From an uncultured virus (IMG/VR IMGVR_UViG_3300005340_000005) (Duplodnaviria > Heunggongvirae > Uroviricota > Caudoviricetes): DNA of 64,000 nt. The notes under the pieces were generated by a model. It had not been told where the DNA came from. It did not search any database and saw only the letters and a program-made list of their open reading frames with translations. The position numbers and the translations under genes were made by a program. Every line of letters starts with the position of its first letter. The stretch's first letter is position 1. The DNA lies in the IMG/VR virus record IMGVR_UViG_3300005340_000005; one strand, 5' to 3'. Of the stretch, positions 40,327 through 49,307 are shown in pieces.

Positions 40327-40724
40327 AGAGCAAAGTATTTCATTACGCGTTGAAACGCATTCTTGTTCTATGTGTCGCGGCACTTATCGGCGCTGCCGTT
40401 GGTACGGTCACGCCGAAACTGGCCAATGTCGCGGACGATTCGAAGACAGCCGTCAAGACCGCGCCGGCAGCGATCCCCATTCCCGAAGTCGATGTCTTGC
40501 GATGGAGTAATCTGCGCCTCGATGCTCAAGCGCGCCAGGCTCGATCTGATTCGCTCAGACTCGAAGCGGCAACCCTCAACGAGCAGGCCGATAAGTTTCT
40601 GGCCGCGAAGAAGCAGGAGGTCTGCAAAGCGGCCGGCGTCGATCCGGAACTCTACGATCTCTCGCAGAAGAAGGATGGAGGAATCGAGCTGATATTGAAG
40701 AAGCCGGACGTGCCGAAACCGTAA
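40323..40724 (+). CDS. membrane-anchored coiled-coil protein
   Basis: GGAGG SD; N-terminal TM segment then coiled coil. Confidence 0.7.
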   Translation: MKSKVFHYALKRILVLCVAALIGAAVGTVTPKLANVADDSKTAVKTAPAAIPIPEVDVLRWSNLRLDAQARQARSDSLRLEAATLNEQADKFLAAKKQEVCKAAGVDPELYDLSQKKDGGIELILKKPDVPKP

Positions 40725-40727
40725 GGG

Positions 40728-40763
40728 GACCGACCGGACTAACCGAAGTCAATCCGGCCGGCC
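40728..40763. terminator. strong hairpin (cUUCGg loop on the minus strand)
   Basis: Minus strand GGCCGGCCGGATTGAC-TTCG-GTTAGTCCGGTCGGTCC. Confidence 0.55.
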
Positions 40764-40913
40764 AGTCAACGCAGTGAGGCTGCGACCCTCACCGCGAAGA
40801 CGGCCAGCATTTATCACGCGTTACCTCACGTCGTCAACCAGTCGCAACCTTCTGAATCCGTCCCGTTTGGGAGGCCGCGATGCTCACCACGATCCACACA
40901 GAGGAGCGTTCAA

Positions 40914-41477
40914 ATGGAAACGGTAGCAAGCGTCACGCCCAATACAAATCATCGCCTGCAGAGATGGGCAAAAGGATTCTTCCTAATGCCCTTCTTGAAA
41001 GAGGGTTCAATGTATAACAGAAATGGAACTCCTCACGGGGATCCTCAAGAGCCTCGCCTGCCCGCCCTCTCGTATGAAGGCGGCAAGATTAACGCGCGGA
41101 ATATTGACCTTGCGAAGCTGGTGGCGCTGGTGAAAAACGTCTTGCTTTCAGTGGCGGCGCTGACGTTTTTCGTGCCCGGGCTACGACTTCCCCAGTCTAC
41201 ACCGGCGATCACCGCCGAGGCTTTCCAGACAGCAGTAGCCAACGCGATGACTCAGGTACTGGACGCGCGGGACGCTGCCGACGCGGAGAAGATGAATGCC
41301 AAGCCCTCCCCGGCTAAGAGCACGTCCAAGACAAGGGCGCGCGTGCCGCCGGCCGCGAAAAGGCCGGAGCCGCTGATAAACCTCCTACGGGATGAGTACA
41401 TAACCACAAGAGACCACGAACCGCCCATATTCAGTCTCAATCAGATGAGCATCCCCGCGATGAGGTTACCTCGATGA
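40914..41477 (+). CDS. hypothetical membrane protein
   Basis: One TM segment; start uncertain (40914 or 41010). Confidence 0.6.
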   Translation: METVASVTPNTNHRLQRWAKGFFLMPFLKEGSMYNRNGTPHGDPQEPRLPALSYEGGKINARNIDLAKLVALVKNVLLSVAALTFFVPGLRLPQSTPAITAEAFQTAVANAMTQVLDARDAADAEKMNAKPSPAKSTSKTRARVPPAAKRPEPLINLLRDEYITTRDHEPPIFSLNQMSIPAMRLPR

Positions 41478-41932
41478 GATACCTTCTAATCTGCACCGCC
41501 TTCGTGTTCCTACTGGCTCTCCCCGCTAAATCTCAGGTTGTAGTGGACTGCTCAAACTGCACTAACGCCGAGTGGGGCGCGGAATACAACCCTGCGACCG
41601 GAGGGTGTGCCAGCAATCCTCTGAAGGGGTGTGGCCCGGGTTGCAACTGCCAGATGGGATTCCAGGTTGTTATCACGGTCGACGGCGACGCGGCCGCAGG
41701 CGTGAAGTCGAAGGTCGACTTCTTTGGTGGCGCGTTCACTCCGGATGGTGGATTCCGTATCGATCGTCCGGGACCGTTAGCGCGCAACCATGTCAAGCCT
41801 GGCGACGTCGTTTATAGGGTCAACGGAAGAATCCCCAAACGCTCTCAGTTCGGCACGCCGAAGCGACCGATACGCAGGGCCGAGGCTACCTGGGGCGATG
41901 ACGGGATGTTGAGACTACGATTCTACTACTGA
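41474..41932 (+). CDS. secreted Cys-rich protein with PDZ-like segment
   Basis: Signal peptide; Cys cluster; PGPLARNHVKPGDVVYRVNG. Confidence 0.65.
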   Translation: MRYLLICTAFVFLLALPAKSQVVVDCSNCTNAEWGAEYNPATGGCASNPLKGCGPGCNCQMGFQVVITVDGDAAAGVKSKVDFFGGAFTPDGGFRIDRPGPLARNHVKPGDVVYRVNGRIPKRSQFGTPKRPIRRAEATWGDDGMLRLRFYY

Positions 41933-41947
41933 CCGCCGGGATTTCTT

Positions 41948-42487
41948 ATGCCTGTCTGGATGCAAGTCGTTCTCGGGGCTGCCGCGCTCGCAACGGCCTT
42001 TGGAGTGCTATGGGCCAAGGTAGTTAAACCCGGTGCCGCATTTATTACCCTCGTCGGCAAGCTCCATCCTCTTCTGCAAAATCTGGTCGATGCGTTTTCC
42101 GGGGAAGCAAATCTGCTCCAAGTTTTGCACGAAATCGCAGGCGAGTTCAAAACGGATAGCGGATCGTCGCTGAGGGACGTTATCAACCGCTTGGACGTGG
42201 CAGCAGCTGCGAACGCTGTGGCAGTCGAGGAAACGCGGAGGGCTACCGATCTACTCAAGATCGCGGTTGAATCCGCGCGCCAGTTAGCGGAAGGCGATCG
42301 TGCGGAAGTGCGACAAATTCGTATCGATCAAGGGAAAGCTGACACCAAGGGTGATGAAAGAGCGGAAACGGGACACCGTATTGAGCAGGCGGTTGACAAG
42401 GCTGCCGAGAAGTCAGAGCCCAAAGTGGCCACGCTGGACGTAAAGATACTCAATGCGGACGTATTGAATGTACCGGCGAAGAAGTGA
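41948..42487 (+). CDS. membrane protein, holin-like
   Basis: N-terminal TM; FKTDSGSSLRDVINRL motif. Confidence 0.55.
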   Translation: MPVWMQVVLGAAALATAFGVLWAKVVKPGAAFITLVGKLHPLLQNLVDAFSGEANLLQVLHEIAGEFKTDSGSSLRDVINRLDVAAAANAVAVEETRRATDLLKIAVESARQLAEGDRAEVRQIRIDQGKADTKGDERAETGHRIEQAVDKAAEKSEPKVATLDVKILNADVLNVPAKK

Positions 42488-42498
42488 AAGGGGAAATT

Positions 42499-42702
42499 AT
42501 GACGATTCTATTGCTTGCGGTCGGGGGCGGTCTCTCCGGTGCCCTGCCTGTGATTCTCGTCGTCGCGGCCTGCATCTTCTTCCTGCTCGCTTGCGGGACT
42601 GCATGGGCTCCGGCGCCGTCTCCGTGGTATCCGCGGCTCGTTCCTGCAGGCCTGCTCTGCCTCTCACTGGCTCAATTGATTACGATGCTCGGAGGCTTGT
42701 GA
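42499..42702 (+). CDS. small multi-TM protein
   Basis: Strongly hydrophobic; AAGGGG SD. Confidence 0.6.
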   Translation: MTILLLAVGGGLSGALPVILVVAACIFFLLACGTAWAPAPSPWYPRLVPAGLLCLSLAQLITMLGGL

Positions 42703-42902
42703 AAAGGTATAAAGCGCGGGATAACGAAATCTGGTCAACCGCAGGACACGGCCATCTCGCTGCAGTCATCCGTCCAGTCGGCGGCGATCTGAACAGGGAA
42801 ACGAGCCGCTTGGCGAGACTGTGCGCCAACGAACTGAATAAGGACGCCGATAGAACGGCGACCAGTCTTCATAATCGAATCGACCGAAAATCAAAGGAGT
42901 GA
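42699..42902 (+). CDS. hypothetical protein
   Basis: GTGA overlap, GGAGG upstream. Confidence 0.5.
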   Translation: MKRYKARDNEIWSTAGHGHLAAVIRPVGGDLNRETSRLARLCANELNKDADRTATSLHNRIDRKSKE

Positions 42903-42905
42903 ATA

Positions 42906-43436
42906 ATGTCTTTCCAGAACTCAGGAACAACCCCAGACGGCCAGGTCTTCTATCGCGGCGACGCGATCCTGGTACTACACTTGAGCCACCTACTCTCGGG
43001 TCGGGTCTCGGAAATCTCAACCGGCGATGGCGGCGAAGTTATCGTCTTCCCGACTGTCGATCAGGGTGTGCTCAATACGATGGGCACTGCCAAGGACGGC
43101 CCTGCCGTCCCTGACACAAAGTATCTGGCCGAAGGGTTTCATCATCAGTCAACCAGTCAGACACGGGTGGGCGGTGCGAAGCCCAGCCTCTTTTGCTTTG
43201 CTCACGAAACGCCAATCTTCGCCATGGGCGGCGCACCGCCGGTACCTTCAGAGGTCACTCAGGAGGTTCCGGCCACTGAAGGCAATGCGCCTGCGACAGC
43301 GCCGCTGCCAGCAACGCCTCCTCCCGCCGCGCACGAAGATTCAAAGGACCTCGACCACGATGGTGTTGTTAGTCGCAAGGAACAAAAGGAATTCAACCGG
43401 ACGCATCCGCATGAGGCACCCGCGAAGAAGAAGTAG
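42906..43436 (+). CDS. hypothetical protein with a single EF-hand-like loop
   Basis: AAGGAG SD; DLDHDGVVSRKE. Confidence 0.65.
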   Translation: MSFQNSGTTPDGQVFYRGDAILVLHLSHLLSGRVSEISTGDGGEVIVFPTVDQGVLNTMGTAKDGPAVPDTKYLAEGFHHQSTSQTRVGGAKPSLFCFAHETPIFAMGGAPPVPSEVTQEVPATEGNAPATAPLPATPPPAAHEDSKDLDHDGVVSRKEQKEFNRTHPHEAPAKKK

Positions 43437-43521
43437 TAGGACGGCCTAAGTGCGGGAGCCGTTGAAGACGGCGATGGAAATAAAATTCGAAATTTCGAAA
43501 TCAACAGGAAGGTGAAACAAA

Positions 43522-43773
43522 GTGAGTAAGAACTCGAATCCGAAACTCGAAGCGGCAGCGCTAAAACTGGGAAGGTTTCTCGCGAAGCCAACGGCGGCCG
43601 CAGCCTCGGCAACGGTCAGTATGCTGATAACGCTCTTTACGAGCATCCTCGTCCCGGTTCTGGCGGACCTGTTGACGGCGGTGCTCGCGAAGCCAGGCGC
43701 GCAGCAGAAGTACGGGAAGTTCCTTATCCCGGCTCGCGACGTCCTGAACGGCGCGAACCTGGGCGATAAGTGA
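43522..43773 (+). CDS. small hydrophobic protein
   Basis: Hydrophobic helix; last gene of the late block. Confidence 0.55.
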   Translation: MSKNSNPKLEAAALKLGRFLAKPTAAAASATVSMLITLFTSILVPVLADLLTAVLAKPGAQQKYGKFLIPARDVLNGANLGDK

Positions 43774-43923
43774 ATTCACGTATCGCGTATCACGGATTCC
43801 TACTCGCCCGGGGAATGGTCGGGCGCAGCTTACGAAGGAGCAGTACTCACTATGGCAACCGCAAAGAAAGCCTAAAAACAAGAGGACGCTACGCAAACAC
43901 GGGGGTTCTCTGTTAGAGGACGC

Positions 43924-43947
43924 GGGGAGGGAAACCTCCCCTTTTTT
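43924..43947 (+). terminator. rho-independent terminator
   Basis: GGGGAGG-GAAA-CCTCCCC followed by TTTTTT, at the convergence with the integrase. Confidence 0.85.
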
Positions 43948-45025
43948 ATTCCCCGATCTCTCCCAACTTCCCCATCGCCTCTCCGATCGCCCTGCTCGAC
44001 GCGTGCGTGTACTTCATGAGCATATGCGCGCTCGAATGCCGGGTGATCGCCTTCAACACGTGTGACGGCACTCCAAGATCCGCCAGATAGCTCGCGGCGC
44101 TGTGCCTCAGCGTGTGAATCGTCATCCCGTCTTCTCGCCCGTAGGGTATCTCTGCTCTCTTACAGGCATCCGCAAAAGCCCTCCTCGCCGAATGGTAGGA
44201 AACATCAAAGACCAGATCGTCGGGTCTTCCGTCGTACGCAAGCCGGCGCCGAAGTATCCCAGCTGCCTGGGCGGTGAGGGGCAAGCTCGCCTCCCTCTTT
44301 CCCTTCTCCCCGATGAACCTGAGCCGGCCGCAGCTGGAATCGACCCCTTCAGTGAAATCGACGTGGCGCCGCTGAAGCGCGCGGAGCTCGCCGATGCGCA
44401 TTGCGGTGTGAAGCCCGAGCAGGATCAGATCGCGTGTGTCTCCGGTTGCCGCCGCCAGCAGGTTAGTAATCTGACCGCTACTCAATACCACTTCCCTGCC
44501 CTGGTGGACCGACTTCACCTCCGGCATAACCGGTGGCTCCCAATTCATATCAAACAGCCGCCTGGCCGAAAGGAACACGGTCCGGAGTCGCTTCAGTTCA
44601 TACTTGATTGTATGCGGGTGCCTTTCATCCTCGAGCCGCTGGCTCCGATATCGGCGCAGGTCCTCGCCGGTGAGGCTGGTCAGCTTGACGTCTTCGGGTA
44701 GGAGTTCGGCGAAGCGCTCGAGCGTGCGCTTCGTGTTTGAGAGGACAGAGGCGGATACCCCGCGATCCCGTGCGTCCGCGAGATAGAGGTCAACGAGCTC
44801 CGCATAGGTGACCGGCGGCATAGGCGGGGCGACACCCAGACTCTGCATGTGGTGTTGGTGAATCAGCGCGGAGAGGGCCTCCTCGGCCTGCTTCCTGTTT
44901 GAGAAGCCTGTGAACGTGCGCTTCTTCCCGTCGAGAGTCTTAACATATCCCCAGTGAATTTTCTGGGTTCGGCGATCGCGCGTTTTGACAAGGTTGCCCT
45001 GGCGCCAGATTATGTCTGCCGGCAT
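43946..45025 (-). CDS. int: tyrosine integrase
   Basis: Arm-binding-like N-terminus; catalytic MRIGE, HTLRH, RHSS, KYTH. Confidence 0.93.
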   Translation of the reverse strand: MPADIIWRQGNLVKTRDRRTQKIHWGYVKTLDGKKRTFTGFSNRKQAEEALSALIHQHHMQSLGVAPPMPPVTYAELVDLYLADARDRGVSASVLSNTKRTLERFAELLPEDVKLTSLTGEDLRRYRSQRLEDERHPHTIKYELKRLRTVFLSARRLFDMNWEPPVMPEVKSVHQGREVVLSSGQITNLLAAATGDTRDLILLGLHTAMRIGELRALQRRHVDFTEGVDSSCGRLRFIGEKGKREASLPLTAQAAGILRRRLAYDGRPDDLVFDVSYHSARRAFADACKRAEIPYGREDGMTIHTLRHSAASYLADLGVPSHVLKAITRHSSAHMLMKYTHASSRAIGEAMGKLGEIGE

Positions 45026-45031
45026 TCAGTT

Positions 45032-45274
45032 CTATTCCTGTATCCATTCCATCGGAGGTAAGTAGACAAAGGACAGCGGCCGTCCCAGTCGCACAATCAG
45101 ATTGTGATATGCCTGTTTACACGCGGCACGCTCGAGTTCCCGTTCGGTGAGGTTCGGCCACTGTGTTCGAAAGGCCTCGTCGAGAACCACGAATTCAACT
45201 TCGCCCGACCCGAGATCTTCGCCGAGAAGCGCGCAGCCGCAGTTACCGTCCATAAAGAGCTTGACTCTGTCCAT
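45032..45274 (-). CDS. hypothetical phage protein
   Basis: DGNCGCALLGEDL..G..EF motif; trimmed from the 170-aa track ORF. Confidence 0.5.
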   Translation of the reverse strand: MDRVKLFMDGNCGCALLGEDLGSGEVEFVVLDEAFRTQWPNLTERELERAACKQAYHNLIVRLGRPLSFVYLPPMEWIQE

Positions 45275-45312
45275 TTCAAACCCCATTGACATCGGGCGTA
45301 TAATCTTCAGCC

Positions 45313-45612
45313 ATGAGCGAAGACGAGAAGGCGCTTCAGCTTGGCCGCATAATGCGCGATTGGCAACAGGCCAAAGAGGAGTGCATCCTGCTCGAAACCA
45401 AAGCGAGGTCAATAGGCAGCGCCCTCCACCATATTCAGCTTTACCTTTCTGGGTCCCCCCATTCAGCAACAACCGATTCAAGCCTCGACACGATGCCGAC
45501 CGGTGCCGAGATTCGTTCTCTTCGAGCGGAGATTGAGGCTGCAACCTCCCGACGGGATTCGCTGGCCGCGAGGCTCGACGAGTTGGGCCTGATGGTCAAA
45601 CCTCAAAAGTAA
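45313..45612 (+). CDS. hypothetical coiled-coil protein, probably leaderless
   Basis: TATAAT at 45299-45304, 8 nt before the ATG; no SD. Confidence 0.6.
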   Translation: MSEDEKALQLGRIMRDWQQAKEECILLETKARSIGSALHHIQLYLSGSPHSATTDSSLDTMPTGAEIRSLRAEIEAATSRRDSLAARLDELGLMVKPQK

Positions 45613-45614
45613 CC

Positions 45615-46121
45615 TCACTTCTTCGGGTTCGCCGCAAGGTAGTCGTTGATGAATTCATCTACGCGGTCCCCGACGATTCCTCTCAGGTCGTCTATCACCT
45701 TCCGGCCCAAGATTCCTACTTGGCCTCTTTGCCAAGTCGTCGAGAGACAAGTAATCGAGCGGTCCCTCGATAGCGTCGTTATCTGCTTGGCGGTAACGTC
45801 AAGTCCGTAGGCAATGCCAGGGTCGTCCAACATTCGGACGATGGTAAGTTCTACCTGCAGGATACAGCTACGCTCCTCTTGAGAAGGCGGCACCATGATC
45901 GGAACACCCGCCTTGCGGAGTCTTAGCTCGACGCTGGTTTGCAGGTCGCTTTGGGTTAAGCCCGGCGGGTGCTGCTCCACCTTGGGCACCTGGACGATTA
46001 CGAGGACCGAGACGATACCCTTGAGCGACTCGCGCTCGCCCGGTTTTTGCTGGGCCTTCACGTCGCCCGTCTCCACCGACAACAGCGCGAGCATTACCGT
46101 AAGGATAAGGATTCTCTTCAT
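45615..46121 (-). CDS. secreted/periplasmic protein (superinfection-exclusion candidate)
   Basis: Signal peptide MKRILILTVMLALLSV; downstream of the repressor on the same strand. Confidence 0.65.
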   Translation of the reverse strand: MKRILILTVMLALLSVETGDVKAQQKPGERESLKGIVSVLVIVQVPKVEQHPPGLTQSDLQTSVELRLRKAGVPIMVPPSQEERSCILQVELTIVRMLDDPGIAYGLDVTAKQITTLSRDRSITCLSTTWQRGQVGILGRKVIDDLRGIVGDRVDEFINDYLAANPKK

Positions 46122-46327
46122 TTCAAACTCCAATCTACAAAGAGGGCGAAAGCGAACAGTAAGCCGCTCCCCTTTGCGACCTGCTCTGCCAGGACTCGCA
46201 AGACTTCCTGAACCTGTTCATCTGTCGCGCTTTCAAGAATCTGGCGCGCTGCGCTAATGCGATCGAGGTCAAGTGCTTCTGCAATCACGAGTTGCAGAAT
46301 TCTCAAGCGGTCACGAGGGCTAGTCAT
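46118..46327 (-). CDS. hypothetical protein
   Basis: GGAGGAG SD; overlaps the next start. Confidence 0.6.
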   Translation of the reverse strand: MTSPRDRLRILQLVIAEALDLDRISAARQILESATDEQVQEVLRVLAEQVAKGSGLLFAFALFVDWSLK

Positions 46328-46395
46328 ATCGCTCCTCCCTGACCACCCGGGGGGAGTGCGGCCAAAAAGAGTTGTGGCGTTTCTCTGTTGTGTAC

Positions 46396-46833
46396 CTACT
46401 TTCTTCCCAGGAGTGGCTCTTTGTCTTCTGACGTGGTTGGCGGCTGGCTCGGCCGCGTTTTTTCGATCCGGTCGAGTAGCATTTCTATCGTTTGGTCGAT
46501 TAGTTTCCGAGTTTCTTCGTCTGCGGTAAGCCGTTGTTGATAAAGGAAATATAATGCGGAGTCTTGGAATTCGGCCTCGCTGGTCGGCTCACCCGTGGCC
46601 GCTGCCTGAATCTCGCGGAGCGACACCCCAAGGCCGGCCGCTATCGCTGCGAGCTTATCGCCGGTTGGATTACGGGCGTGACCACCCAGAAGCTTGCTGA
46701 TATAGGAATTGCTGACGCGGCCCCCGCTCCGCTCCTCGACGTCCCGAAGCTTCAGACCCTTGTCGCGCATCGTACGTCTAATGAAATCAGCAAGTTGAGT
46801 CTGCTTCCCGTCGTACACGCCAAAACATAACAT
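46396..46833 (-). CDS. XRE-family HTH repressor (CI-like)
   Basis: LKLRDVEERSGGRVSNSYISKLLGGHARNPT HTH; divergent from the early operon. Confidence 0.85.
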   Translation of the reverse strand: MLCFGVYDGKQTQLADFIRRTMRDKGLKLRDVEERSGGRVSNSYISKLLGGHARNPTGDKLAAIAAGLGVSLREIQAAATGEPTSEAEFQDSALYFLYQQRLTADEETRKLIDQTIEMLLDRIEKTRPSQPPTTSEDKEPLLGRK

Positions 46834-46839
46834 ATTCCA

Positions 46840-46925
46840 CTTTCAAAATAATCTAATTTATCTAGAATTTAATGCTTGACATAGAAATCGTATGAGCGTA
46901 TAACGAAGATGCTTTCAAAATAATC
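46840..46925. promoter_or_regulatory. divergent switch: PR-like promoter and two operator repeats
   Basis: TTGACA(46876)-N17-TATAAC(46899); CTTTCAAAATAATC at 46840-46853 and 46912-46925. Confidence 0.8.
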
Positions 46926-46943
46926 AGCACGGGGCGGAATAAA

Positions 46944-47129
46944 ATGCAAGAACGTGAAGAAGAGGGGCTGGACAAAGTGCAGATCAACTTCCAGCTTTCC
47001 GGTAGGGATGCCGCCAACTTTCTCCGGGTCAAGAGGGCTCGCTTTATCAACGCGAACGCGGAGTTTGCTCGAATGTTGATTCTTGAGCGGCTCTCCGAGA
47101 TCGGCGAAAAACCGGCGGAGGTGGCGTGA
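46944..47129 (+). CDS. Cro-position small regulator (ribbon-helix-helix-like)
   Basis: KVQINFQL strand plus two helices; first gene after the promoter. Confidence 0.6.
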   Translation: MQEREEEGLDKVQINFQLSGRDAANFLRVKRARFINANAEFARMLILERLSEIGEKPAEVA

Positions 47130-47398
47130 TGAGCCGCCAACTTTCCCGACAGCCCACCGACGCCGAACTCTTCGCGATTGCCTCGACGGCAGAGAGCCTG
47201 GGCGAAGCCTTTAAGGTCCGGTCCAGCGATGGAAAGACCGACTACGTCGTTACCGCGCGGACCTGCACCTGCCCGAGCTGGGTGCACAACAAATCGTTCA
47301 CGGGCGAGAAGTGCAAACACCAACTCGCCCTGGAGCTGATCTGCCCCCCGCAGAAGGCGAAGCCGTACAAGGGTGACCCCTGGGAAGGCTTCGCCTAA
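47126..47398 (+). CDS. SWIM zinc-finger protein
   Basis: CTCP...CKH. Confidence 0.75.
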   Translation: MMSRQLSRQPTDAELFAIASTAESLGEAFKVRSSDGKTDYVVTARTCTCPSWVHNKSFTGEKCKHQLALELICPPQKAKPYKGDPWEGFA

Positions 47399-47487
47399 CG
47401 AGTAACGCGGGAGCCTCCTACACGCCCGCGCGAGGCCGGTCCTCCAAATCCCACGGTGGGGGACCGGCAAGAGAAAGAAGTACAACG

Positions 47488-47652
47488 ATGAAAGAGCAAA
47501 TGGTGACCGTGAAGTGTCGAGACTGCAGCGGCAGCGGCAAAGCGAGCGATGCTCATAGCCGGGAGTGCGCCTGTGGTCGATGCGAGGGACGCGGATCGGT
47601 GTGCGTCCCAATTTCAGTGGCGAGCAATGCCGCGGCAAGGCGAGCGGCTTAA
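47488..47652 (+). CDS. small DnaJ-type zinc-finger protein
   Basis: CRDCSGSG...CGRCEGRG; read by eye. Confidence 0.55.
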   Translation: MKEQMVTVKCRDCSGSGKASDAHSRECACGRCEGRGSVCVPISVASNAAARRAA

Positions 47653-47698
47653 TCCAAGATCGAATCGGAGTTGGGAGGGTTGAAAGTGAGAGAGTGCT

Positions 47699-47950
47699 AT
47701 GTCTCAGTTGAGCACAAAACGAACGAAGAAAATGAAGTTCGGCGACGGGCCGGGCGAAGTTCAGGAGTGGCTGCCTGAAGATGTTCACTTTGGACTTTCG
47801 ATTGACAATCAGCATTTCGGTTTTAAGCGCCTCCAAGATCTAAATATCTTCATCCTTCGACGCGTGTACAGCCTAACTCAAGAAGAGCGGAACCGGTTGT
47901 ACGCAATTCGGAACGAAGTGGAAAAAGCAGGAACGGGAGCAAGACGATGA
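47699..47950 (+). CDS. hypothetical protein
   Basis: ORF coupled to the next gene. Confidence 0.55.
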   Translation: MSQLSTKRTKKMKFGDGPGEVQEWLPEDVHFGLSIDNQHFGFKRLQDLNIFILRRVYSLTQEERNRLYAIRNEVEKAGTGARR

Positions 47951-48228
47951 GCACACCAGCAACCAGATTCTCCAAAGAAGTTCAGGCCGATATCAACCGG
48001 CGCGTGCAGGCCGGAATGAGCGTCGAGCTCGCTGAACAGCTCGCGGATGACAAGGCGAAACAGAGCCAGCGAGAGACACGACTGCGCCTGGCGTGGGAGG
48101 AGTTCACCGAACACCACGGGCGAGAGGCTGCGCTTGCAGCGATTGCCCGCTCTGAAGAGGTTCATTGCCCGAATGCTGCTGAGTGGTTCTTTAGCCTGAG
48201 CGAGCAGGTAGAGGGGATGGGACTATGA
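47947..48228 (+). CDS. hypothetical protein
   Basis: ATGA overlaps at both ends. Confidence 0.6.
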   Translation: MSTPATRFSKEVQADINRRVQAGMSVELAEQLADDKAKQSQRETRLRLAWEEFTEHHGREAALAAIARSEEVHCPNAAEWFFSLSEQVEGMGL

Positions 48229-48500
48229 AGAAGCCACGCCCCTTCTTGAATGCGAGTCAAGTTGCCGAGCGTGTCGGCGGTTACTCAATGAAGACCGTGC
48301 TGAACGGTAATCCGCCTTTTGGAAGCCTGACGCGGCATCACCTGCCTGGAAGCAGACGCCCGCTCTTTGATGCCGATGAGGTTGACGCTCTGATTACTCA
48401 GGCGCGAGAGGATGCGCAGCAGGAGAAAGTCGAGATGCGCCGGCAAGAGAAGCGAGCTTCGGAGATAGTCCGAAGGCATCTGCGAGCGGTTGGTCAATGA
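48225..48500 (+). CDS. excisionase-like HTH protein
   Basis: FLNASQVAERVG...RPLFDADEVDALI. Confidence 0.6.
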   Translation: MKKPRPFLNASQVAERVGGYSMKTVLNGNPPFGSLTRHHLPGSRRPLFDADEVDALITQAREDAQQEKVEMRRQEKRASEIVRRHLRAVGQ

Positions 48501-48842
48501 ACGACATTCCCTCTCGTCGGTGAGTAACCCCTGTACTCAGTTCGACGAGACGCCGGCGGGAGGGATTCTAAGGATGACGACGATGGGCAAGCGAATGAAT
48601 GCGGCACAGATAGCTCGAACGAATCAGAGACGCACGGGGCTGCACAACATGCCCGACCGGGTTGAAGTTGGGAGGCTGGCGCCGGTTCGAGACTGCGCGC
48701 ACTACCAATGCTCACCGCCGTTTCATAATCCGTCGTGCGAAACGATGGGGGTGTTCAGCACTGGCCCGGGGCTTCAGCGCCCGTTCGTCGATGCGCGTGA
48801 GGCGGTTGACCGGGTGAGAAACGGCAGACGCGGGGTTGATCA

Positions 48843-49028
48843 GTGAGCAAAGAAGAGATGACGGCATTTCTGAAATCGAAGGGCTGGGAGTACGGCGAAA
48901 CGCGACAGCACGGCTGGGCGTGGAAGCATCGGGTTACAGGGCCGGGGGTCTGCTTCACGCTGCAGGCGGCATTCGACATTGAGACGAGAGAGCGGATCTC
49001 GGAGAAGGAGCTTGTATGCCACAGGTGA
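48843..49028 (+). CDS. hypothetical protein
   Basis: FLKSKGWE motif; GTGA overlap. Confidence 0.5.
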   Translation: MSKEEMTAFLKSKGWEYGETRQHGWAWKHRVTGPGVCFTLQAAFDIETRERISEKELVCHR

Positions 49029-49198
49029 AGCACCACTTCAACGTGTACATCGGCGAGTCGACGGGCGGATATGTCTCGTCCAGCAAGTTAAGGTTCCTCG
49101 AAGTTGCGATCAAATCCGCTATCAAAGAAGGTTTCGTCACCAAAGAAACGGTCGAGGTCACGTTTGTCGAGACCTTCGACGCGGACAAAGAGAAATGA
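49016..49198 (+). CDS. hypothetical protein
   Basis: AAGGAG SD. Confidence 0.55.
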   Translation: MPQVKHHFNVYIGESTGGYVSSSKLRFLEVAIKSAIKEGFVTKETVEVTFVETFDADKEK

Positions 49199-49307
49199 CA
49201 ACTCTTGAATTCATTGAAGCGGTGCTCGCGACGTTCGGCCTGCTTGCATTCGCGGCGGTTCTCAAAGTGTGGGCGGCTCGAAGGCTTCGAACCCCAGGGA
49301 GAAAGAG

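Noticed and set aside
46862..47836. 324-aa minus-strand ORF
   Set aside because: Antisense to several credible early genes and runs through the promoter
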